A DNA stretch of 64,000 nt from Chthoniobacterales bacterium. Its GTDB lineage: Bacteria > Verrucomicrobiota > Verrucomicrobiia > Chthoniobacterales > UBA10450. The stretch covers positions 65 to 64,064 of the forward strand of contig DATLJP010000052.1 in NCBI GenBank assembly GCA_035538875.1. Reading direction: 5' to 3'. Of this stretch, positions 57,425-64,000 are shown piece by piece; position 1 is the stretch's first letter, and every line of letters starts with the position of its first letter. The translations under genes and the position numbers were made by a program. A model generated the notes under the pieces. It saw only the letters and a list, made by a program, of their open reading frames with translations, searched no databases and had not been told where the DNA came from.

Positions 57425-58663
57425 ATGAGCGAGTCAGTTTACATTCTCGGCGGCGGGCGCACCGATTTTAAGCGCAACATGAAGAAGGAAGGGAAGACCA
57501 TTCGGCATTTGATTGTCGAAGCCGGCAAGAAAGCGCTCGACGATGCCAAGATCGACGCGGGCGAGATTGAGGCGGGCGCGGTTGGAAATTTCAATGCCGG
57601 CCAGTTCACGAAGCAATTGCAGCTCGGCGCCTTCATTCCAGAGATCGATCCGAAGTTGCGCGGGATCCCGACGATGCACATCGAGGCCGCATGCGCTTCA
57701 GGCGCGCTTTCGGTTCTGCTCGGTGCGCAGTGGATCATGGGCGGAATTTACGATGCCGTGCTCGTCGTTGGTGCAGAGCAGCAGAAGACGATGTCATCGC
57801 TCGACGGATCCGATGTGCTCGGCGCGGCGGCCGATTATCACAACGAAAAACCGGAATACGGCGATTTCATGTTCCCGAAACTCTTTGGACGTATCGCCCA
57901 GATCTACATCGACAAATACGGGGCAAAGGAATCGGACCTGGCGACCGTGGCCTGGAAAAATTACGCACACGCGAAAATGAATCCGCTGGCGCAAATGCGC
58001 GATGCCGATTTAACCCTCGATTGTGCCTCGCAAGTATCCGACAAAAATCCGAGCGTCGCGCCGCCACTCAAAGTTTCGGATTGTTCGCAAATCACTGACG
58101 GCTCGGCGTCGCTCGTCCTCGTGTCCGGCAAATATTTAGACAAGATCGGCCGCGACAAAAAGAAAACGCCGCGACTGCTCGGTTTTGGTCACGCGACCGA
58201 TTATTTGCCGCTCGACAAAAAAGACGCGCCGACATTTTCGATCGCGCGCAAAGCAGCGGAGAGAGCTTTCGGAATGGCGAATTTGAAACCGCGCGATTTA
58301 AATGGCGCCGACGTTCACGATTGTTTCTCGGTCACTGAGATTGTGGCTTACGAGATTCTCGGACTGGCCGAACCCGGCAAAGGCGCCGAGCTCGCAAAAA
58401 GTGGTGCGACCGCATTGCCGCAAGTCCGTAATGAGAAAATGAAAGGCAAGTTTGCGTTTGAAATTCCAGTGAATCCCGGTGGCGGTTTAATTGGTGACGG
58501 CCATCCCGTCGGTGCGACGGGGGTTCGACAGGTGTTCGAAGCTTATCAGCATCTGACCGACCAGGCAGGCCAACGGCAGATTCCAAACTCGAAGCGGTAT
58601 CTCACGTTCAACATGGGCGGCAGTCTAACGACGTCCGTCGCGATGTTGTGGGGACGCGACTAA
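57425..58663 (+). CDS. thiolase-family protein (SCP-x/nonspecific-type 3-ketoacyl-CoA thiolase)
   Basis: Active-site Cys in IEAACASGA, and C-terminal GGGLIGDGHPVGATG and NMGGS motifs. Confidence 0.8.
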   Translation: MSESVYILGGGRTDFKRNMKKEGKTIRHLIVEAGKKALDDAKIDAGEIEAGAVGNFNAGQFTKQLQLGAFIPEIDPKLRGIPTMHIEAACASGALSVLLGAQWIMGGIYDAVLVVGAEQQKTMSSLDGSDVLGAAADYHNEKPEYGDFMFPKLFGRIAQIYIDKYGAKESDLATVAWKNYAHAKMNPLAQMRDADLTLDCASQVSDKNPSVAPPLKVSDCSQITDGSASLVLVSGKYLDKIGRDKKKTPRLLGFGHATDYLPLDKKDAPTFSIARKAAERAFGMANLKPRDLNGADVHDCFSVTEIVAYEILGLAEPGKGAELAKSGATALPQVRNEKMKGKFAFEIPVNPGGGLIGDGHPVGATGVRQVFEAYQHLTDQAGQRQIPNSKRYLTFNMGGSLTTSVAMLWGRD

Positions 58664-59057
58664 GAAGAGATCTTGCGGAGCTGCGCGACGCGGTCTCGAA
58701 CCGCCTTGCAGCAGCGCTTGCGCTCGCGAACGGGATCTGATTCGGGTAAAGATTTGCGCTTCGTAGGGCGCGCGCGCGGGTTGCAAACAACCTTCCACGA
58801 AATCCTTTGCCAATGCAGTTCTTGCCTACTTTGGGCTGGTGTGAAGCTGTTGGGCTTCAGCAAGTAATTGGTCCCGGATCGCGATGCAGGCGTTGATCTC
58901 GGCGGCGGAATAAGCGGACCCGAAGGCGAAGCTGAGCGTTGGCACTGGGCGGGATTTTAGGCTTAGCTGCCGGTTTGGTGGAGATGGTAGCGAGAAGCAT
59001 AAATGCTCCAAGAGTATTTCTCGCGCTCGGGCTTTTCAGTCGCGGACTTCGCCTGAT

Positions 59058-59426
59058 TTAGAGAATCACGTAGATCAAGCCGATGCCGAACACGAGCGCC
59101 GCTGCTCCGTAAAGCATTTGGACGGTCCGCGGTCGCCCCAGCCACCAGTCGATCATTCGGCGATGCCGATCTAAGCCGAGAATCGGCATTACAGTCGCCA
59201 CGATGAGGATGATTAAACCGAGAATGCGTAGCAAAATCGGCGCTTTCGATTCCGCCGCCGCGGCCAGCAATCCCAACGCCAGGACCGCGCGAATCGCCGC
59301 CGCGATCCACATTCCGGTCTTGTCGGCGAACAGGCGGGTCAGATCGTGCGCCAACGCCGGCTTAACAATGATGACCACCCCCATGGACGCGATGGCGGCG
59401 CATAATATTAATGCCAACGCAATCAT
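59058..59426 (-). CDS. small integral membrane protein (4 TM), unknown function
   Basis: 122-aa hydrophobic ORF with no motif recognised. Confidence 0.5.
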   Translation of the reverse strand: MIALALILCAAIASMGVVIIVKPALAHDLTRLFADKTGMWIAAAIRAVLALGLLAAAAESKAPILLRILGLIILIVATVMPILGLDRHRRMIDWWLGRPRTVQMLYGAAALVFGIGLIYVIL

Positions 59427-59471
59427 TTTCGGATGCGTTCTCTTTTCGCATGCTGGAAGTTAATTTGGAAT

Positions 59472-59867
59472 ATGAAAATGAAAGTACCGTTTGAGCTTGG
59501 CGTTGTCGGGCACTTCGGCCTGGCGGTGCGCAATCCAACGAAGAGTGCGCACTGGTTCCAACGCGTACTCGGTTTGCGCAAAGAATTTGAATTCGAAAAT
59601 GGAGTGGCCGTTGGGAACGACAACGTCACAATCGCGCTCTTTAAAGGAAAGCCGTCGCCGAAAACGATCGACCACATGTCATATCATCTGCCGAACATGT
59701 CTATCTTGCGCAAAGCACTCGCGCATTTGAAAAAGCACAAGGTCGACATCGAAGATCCGGGGGATGAGATTGGGCCGGAAGCACCCGGTTCATCGCACAT
59801 GGGTCTCTGGTTTCACGATCCCGACGGCTATCGGTGGGAACTCAGCGTCCAGGGCGCCGGCCGCTGA
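59472..59867 (+). CDS. VOC-family (glyoxalase/bleomycin-resistance/dioxygenase fold) protein
   Basis: GHFGLAV, DHMSYHL and FHDPDGYRWEL metal-ligand pattern. The start is set at the internal ATG 59472. Confidence 0.75.
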   Translation: MKMKVPFELGVVGHFGLAVRNPTKSAHWFQRVLGLRKEFEFENGVAVGNDNVTIALFKGKPSPKTIDHMSYHLPNMSILRKALAHLKKHKVDIEDPGDEIGPEAPGSSHMGLWFHDPDGYRWELSVQGAGR

Positions 59868-59999
59868 GCAACTCGGTTTTCTCTTCCTTAAAAGAAAACG
59901 TCGTCTCGAGCCCGTTGATCTGCGCTTGTCGAAAATCGCAAAGCCGAGATTGAAGCGTTCGTTTCGAAACCTCAACCGCCAACCCCAACCGGGCTGAGA

Positions 60000-60263
60000 A
60001 TGATCGAGGTTGAGGCATGCAATTCTGCGGTTAGAATGTGCTTCGGGATGCTTGATCTTGCTTTGGGTTGCCTGAAATGGGCCGCGGTCGGTTTTATTGT
60101 CGCGTTTGTGCTGATGAAGCTTTACGAAGGCAGTCACATTCATGACGATATCCCGCGACCCGAATTCAAAGTTCGGCAATCTCGCCGCGCCGCCCTGGTG
60201 TTGTCTTGCTTTGCAGCGGTGCTTTCGGCTGCGGTCTGGCTCTTAGTCCAAAAGTTGGATTAG
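60000..60263 (+). CDS. small two-TM hypothetical protein
   Basis: 87-aa ORF with two hydrophobic helices. Support is weak. Confidence 0.3.
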   Translation: MIEVEACNSAVRMCFGMLDLALGCLKWAAVGFIVAFVLMKLYEGSHIHDDIPRPEFKVRQSRRAALVLSCFAAVLSAAVWLLVQKLD

Positions 60264-60311
60264 CGAATCTTGGTGACGCGCATTTTCGCGTTACAATACG
60301 AGTCAATTGAG

Positions 60312-61358
60312 ATGACTGCGACGACTGAAGCTTATGCCGCTGCTTCAGCGAAATCGCCACTGACGCGGTTTTCTTTCACCCGTCGTGATGTTTTGCCTGA
60401 CGACGTAAAGATCGACATCCTGTTCTGTGGTGTCTGCCACTCGGATGTTCACACCGCACGCGACGAATGGCGCGGAACAACTTATCCGTGCGTGCCAGGC
60501 CACGAAATTATCGGCCGCGTCGTTGCCGTCGGTTGCAACGTCAAAAAGTTCAAGGAGGGCGACCTCGCCGCGGTCGGCTGCATGGTCGATGCCTGCCGGG
60601 ATTGCCGGAGCTGCCACGAAAACCTCGAACAGTTCTGTGAGGATGTTGTTTTCACCTACAACAGCCCGGACGAACATACCGGTGGCGTCACTTACGGCGG
60701 TTACTCAACGAACATTGTCGTGAACGAACATTTCGTTCTACGCGTGCGAGAGGATGTTGATCTTGCCGCGAGCGCACCGTTGTTGTGCGCTGGGATCACG
60801 ACATACTCGCCGCTGCGTTACGGTAAAGTTGGCAATGGCCAAAAGGTCGGCATCGTCGGACTCGGCGGCCTCGGACACATGGCGGTGAAATTTGCCAATG
60901 CGTTCGGCGCCGAGGTCACGCTCTTTACTACGTCGCCGAACAAGACTGCGGACGCAAAACGGCTCGGCGCCTACGAAGTTGTCATTTCCAAAGATGAAGA
61001 CGCGATGAAGGCACACGCCAAGAGTTTCGATTTTATTCTCGACACCGTTTCAGCCAAACACGATCTCAACGTGTATCTCAACCTTTTGAAGCGCGATGGT
61101 ACGCTTTGTTTGGTTGGAGCATCGCCGAATCCCATCCCGCTCGACGTATTCAGTGTGATCCGGTGGCGTCATCGCTTGACCGGATCCCTGATCGGCGGAA
61201 TCGCCGAGACTCAGGAGATGCTCGATCTCTGTGCGGAGCGCGGCATCACCTGCGATGTCGAACGAATCAACATCAACTACATCAACGAAGCGTACGAGCG
61301 AATGCTCCGGAGCGACGTGAAATACCGCTTCGTCATCGACATTGCGTCGCTGAAGTAA
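60312..61358 (+). CDS. zinc-dependent NAD(P) alcohol dehydrogenase (cinnamyl-ADH-like)
   Basis: GVCHSDVH, GHEIIGRV, the structural Zn motif CRDCRSCHENLEQFC and the Rossmann GLGGLGH. Confidence 0.85.
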   Translation: MTATTEAYAAASAKSPLTRFSFTRRDVLPDDVKIDILFCGVCHSDVHTARDEWRGTTYPCVPGHEIIGRVVAVGCNVKKFKEGDLAAVGCMVDACRDCRSCHENLEQFCEDVVFTYNSPDEHTGGVTYGGYSTNIVVNEHFVLRVREDVDLAASAPLLCAGITTYSPLRYGKVGNGQKVGIVGLGGLGHMAVKFANAFGAEVTLFTTSPNKTADAKRLGAYEVVISKDEDAMKAHAKSFDFILDTVSAKHDLNVYLNLLKRDGTLCLVGASPNPIPLDVFSVIRWRHRLTGSLIGGIAETQEMLDLCAERGITCDVERININYINEAYERMLRSDVKYRFVIDIASLK

Positions 61359-61373
61359 CTCCGCACAGGGGAC

Positions 61374-62126
61374 TCAGCCCATGTAGAAACCCCCGTTGAC
61401 GTTGAGCACGTGGCCGGTGATGTAACTCGCCATCGGTGACGCGAGAAATAACGCGGCATCGACGATCTCGTGAACATCGCCGAGCCGACCGAGCGGAATT
61501 TGTTTTTTGAAATTCTCAGTCACTTCGTCCGGCATGCCTTTGCTCATCCCGACGTCAATGAATCCTGGTGCGATCGCGTTGACGGTGATGCTCTGACGCC
61601 CGAGCTCCCGCGCTGAAACTTTGGTCAGCGCGATGATGGCGGCTTTGCTCGATGAATAATTCGCCTGACCGAACAAACCCATTTGTCCACTGACCGACGA
61701 CATGTTTATGACGCGGCCGCCGCTTCGCAAAATCGGCATGGCTTTTTGCGTGACGTTGAGTGTGCCGGTGAGATTAACGCGAATGATGCTCTCAAATTCC
61801 TCGAGCGACATCTTCTTGATCGTGCGGTCGCGAATGATGCCGGCATTGTTCACGAGGATGTCGAGGCCACCATATTGGCCCTGGATCTGCTTCATCATCG
61901 CCTCGACCTGTTGCGGTTGGGTGACGTCGCAATCGATTACCAGTGGATCCTTCAATTCTTGCGCCACCTTGTCCGCATCGGCTTTGTTCTGGCCCTGTGG
62001 ATCGGTAAAATAATTCACGACGCATTTTGCGCCGCGCTTGCCGAACGCTTTGACCATTTCCGCACCGATACCGCGCGAGCTGCCGGTCACGAGCACAGCT
62101 TTTCCTATGAAATCGAGATCAGACAT
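61374..62126 (-). CDS. SDR, 3-oxoacyl-ACP-reductase (FabG)-like
   Basis: TGSSRGIG, NNAG and YSSSKAA motifs. The start is set at the internal ATG 62126 (250 aa). Confidence 0.85.
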   Translation of the reverse strand: MSDLDFIGKAVLVTGSSRGIGAEMVKAFGKRGAKCVVNYFTDPQGQNKADADKVAQELKDPLVIDCDVTQPQQVEAMMKQIQGQYGGLDILVNNAGIIRDRTIKKMSLEEFESIIRVNLTGTLNVTQKAMPILRSGGRVINMSSVSGQMGLFGQANYSSSKAAIIALTKVSARELGRQSITVNAIAPGFIDVGMSKGMPDEVTENFKKQIPLGRLGDVHEIVDAALFLASPMASYITGHVLNVNGGFYMG

Positions 62127-62223
62127 TCTTAGACAGAATAAATAGACAAAATGAACCGAATCATTTGCAAACCAATTCTGGTCATTGTGTTCATTCTGTC
62201 GAAATATTAGCTTTTTCGCCCCG

Positions 62224-63375
62224 ATGGCTTCGCCAATCCGAATTTTGACGGCGGTCCCGATTTGTGATGGGCACGACAGCGCGATCAACACCATCAATCT
62301 CGAGTTTATCCGACACGGGATTGAAGTCGTTTATCTCGGCTATCATCGCTCGGTCGGGGACATCGTCCGCGCCGCGATTCAAGAAGATGTGCGCGCGATC
62401 GGGATTTCCAGTTACAACGGAGGGCATATCGAGTTTTTCGCGGAGGTTGTCGATCTCCTCCGCAAGAAAGGGGCAGACGACATCAAGGTTTTCGGCGGTG
62501 GCGGCGGTACGATTACCCATAAAGACGCTGCGATCATGCGGCGAAAAGGCGTGGACGAGATTTTCTTTGCCGGCACGTCGCTGGAAGAGATGGTCAAGTT
62601 CGTTCACCAACGTTACGGCAAACCGCGGACCAAATGGCCCCATCCGAAATCCCCGGACCGGGAACTCGCGCACGAACTGACCCAAATCGAAGACGCCAAC
62701 GCGAAGATCCGAAATCCGAAATCCGAAATCCGAAATGCCAGGGTTGTCGGCTTCACCGGTCCCGGCGGCGCGGGCAAAACGACATTGATCGATGAGTTGG
62801 TGCTGCGCTTTCTGAACAAAGATCGACAATCGCGCGTTGCGATACTGTCGCACGATCCAAGCGTAGTCGGGGAAGGTGCCCTGCTTGGCGATCGCGCGAC
62901 AATGATTAATTCACAAAACGATCGCGTGTTTATGCGAAGCATGGCTACGCGCGGGCAGGCCGGCGGACTGTCGCCCGCGACGCATGATTGTCTCGCTCTT
63001 CTTGCCCGCTCGGGTTTTGATTACGTCATCATTGAAACGGTCGGCACTGGTCAGGAAGCGATGCCGTTTCAGAAAAACAGAATTGTCGATCAGACGGTAC
63101 TCGTGATGAATCCGGATTACGGTAGCAGACTGCAATTACAAAAAATCGTAATGCTTGACCTCGCTGACATCGTGGTTGTTAACAAAAGCGATTTACAACG
63201 GGCGAAGACCGCGCACACCGAGATCGAGCAACGCCTCGAGCAAAATCGGCGGGCACAACGTCTCCTCGATACAGTCGCAAAAAGGCATCGAGACGCTGGC
63301 GTCGACCGATTGTTCGATTTAATTTCAGCAAATACCAAATCGAAAGGCAGCGCGAAGGCGCGGCGAAGGAAATGA
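62224..63375 (+). CDS. IcmF-type mutase, N-terminal module only: B12-binding domain + MeaB/ArgK-like G-protein chaperone
   Basis: B12 loop CDGHDSAIN, then P-loop GPGGAGKTTL, ETVGTGQ and NKSDL. The ORF ends in ATGA coupling with the next ORF. Confidence 0.8.
   Translation: MASPIRILTAVPICDGHDSAINTINLEFIRHGIEVVYLGYHRSVGDIVRAAIQEDVRAIGISSYNGGHIEFFAEVVDLLRKKGADDIKVFGGGGGTITHKDAAIMRRKGVDEIFFAGTSLEEMVKFVHQRYGKPRTKWPHPKSPDRELAHELTQIEDANAKIRNPKSEIRNARVVGFTGPGGAGKTTLIDELVLRFLNKDRQSRVAILSHDPSVVGEGALLGDRATMINSQNDRVFMRSMATRGQAGGLSPATHDCLALLARSGFDYVIIETVGTGQEAMPFQKNRIVDQTVLVMNPDYGSRLQLQKIVMLDLADIVVVNKSDLQRAKTAHTEIEQRLEQNRRAQRLLDTVAKRHRDAGVDRLFDLISANTKSKGSAKARRRK
62707..62736. repeat. heptanucleotide tandem repeat (ATCCGAA) x4 plus a partial copy, inside coding sequence
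   Basis: Direct reading of 62701..62740: g-atccgaa-atccgaa-atccgaa-atccgaa-at. It encodes IRNPKSEIRN in the B12-to-GTPase linker. Confidence 0.95.
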
Positions 63376-64000
63376 GCAAGCTCGGGCAAGTTGTTGAATC
63401 GGTTGAGAAGTACAACCAGTTCGTTCTGGACCAAGTGAAGCGCGCGCGCAAGGACGAAGAGTTCGGTCACGAACTGCTCGGCCGCTGGAACAACATCAAA
63501 GCGAAAATTCCGCTCACCCGAGCACCGACTGGATTGCCACTGCCAAGACTCGCGTTGCCGGAGATCGATGAGCCTGGTGAAATCGCGCGTTATTTATTTG
63601 GCGAAGGATTGCCCGGCGAATTCCCGTTTTTGAACGGCGCGTATCACGAAATGTACCTCGAGCCGATTCGTGAAGTCGAAAGTTTCGAGAGAAACGGCGA
63701 ATCGAAAAAAAGTTCCGCCAAGAAAATTCCGCGGGCCGAAGAACCGACCCGTTTGTTTTCTGGTCTCATGCTGGCCGAAGATACGAACGAGCGTTTCCAT
63801 TATCTGACTCGGCATCAGCGGACACATCGACTGAGCACCGCGTTTGACGGCCCGACTCTTTACGGGATCGACAGCGACGCAGACGGCGTTTTCGGAAAAA
63901 TCGGCGAGGGCGGCGTCGCGATCGACACCGTCGAAGATATGGTCCGGCTTTACGACGGGTTTGATCTCGGTTCAGCGAATTTTTCCGCGTCAATGACGAT
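63372..64000 (+). CDS. IcmF-type acyl-CoA mutase, linker + substrate-binding barrel module (partial, runs off window)
   Basis: Manual translation gives MSKLGQVV...GEFPFLNGAYHEMY...EPTRLFSGLMLAEDTNERFHYLT...RLSTAFDGPTLYGIDSD...GVAIDTVEDM. These are mutase-family motifs. There is no stop before the window end. Confidence 0.75.
   Translation, partial: MSKLGQVVESVEKYNQFVLDQVKRARKDEEFGHELLGRWNNIKAKIPLTRAPTGLPLPRLALPEIDEPGEIARYLFGEGLPGEFPFLNGAYHEMYLEPIREVESFERNGESKKSSAKKIPRAEEPTRLFSGLMLAEDTNERFHYLTRHQRTHRLSTAFDGPTLYGIDSDADGVFGKIGEGGVAIDTVEDMVRLYDGFDLGSANFSASMT

Noticed and set aside
62707-62736. Heptamer array considered as a CRISPR or mobile-element fragment
   Set aside because: The units are contiguous with no spacers, only 7 nt long and in-frame within a gene. 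This is a microsatellite, not a CRISPR array.

Overview
The window is a gene-dense chromosomal segment of moderately GC-rich bacterial DNA, with no rRNA, CRISPR array, transposase or integrase visible. Gene content (archaeal-type ProRS, an RRM RNA-binding protein, PVC-style small lipoproteins) suggests a Verrucomicrobiota-like organism, but that cannot be checked without a database search.

The first ~31 kb is mostly housekeeping:
- RNA genes: tRNA-His and RNase P RNA.
- Central metabolism and redox: acnA with a coupled peroxiredoxin, putA, a threonine aldolase, and a DsbD/redoxin pair.
- Translation and related: rpsI-rplM, proS, frr-pyrH, fmt, adk, rpmA-rplU, rsmI, miaA, hflX, nth.

Three regions look accessory:
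1. 25.6-27.5 kb: a translationally coupled epimerase and sulfotransferase.
2. 31.4-36.1 kb: a His-motif polytopic membrane protein fused to TPR repeats, an arginase-fold protein with no canonical start codon, two half-size 4-TM EamA/SMR-like proteins and a FemAB-like GNAT acyltransferase.
3. 40.2-58.7 kb: a catabolic supercluster containing fadJ-like, a large acyl-CoA dehydrogenase, lat, a P6C dehydrogenase, gcdH and a thiolase.

The main finding sits inside the third region. It is a tight six-gene minus-strand operon (47598..56114) encoding a two-subunit ATP-citrate-lyase-like enzyme, a variant HD protein, a fungal-type homoaconitase-like aconitase, an isocitrate/homoisocitrate-family dehydrogenase and a PrpD-family dehydratase. 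I propose, as inference only, that it runs the upper alpha-aminoadipate pathway in reverse: 2-oxoadipate + CO2 -> homoisocitrate -> homocitrate -> 2-oxoglutarate + acetyl-CoA. That would be an rTCA-like homologue route for lysine catabolism.

Other notable items:
- an IcmF-type mutase split into two coupled ORFs;
- a heptanucleotide x4 repeat inside coding sequence;
- a probably frameshifted lipoprotein gene;
- several ORF-poor intergenic tracts.

All functional calls come from reading motifs in the supplied translations. No searches were run.
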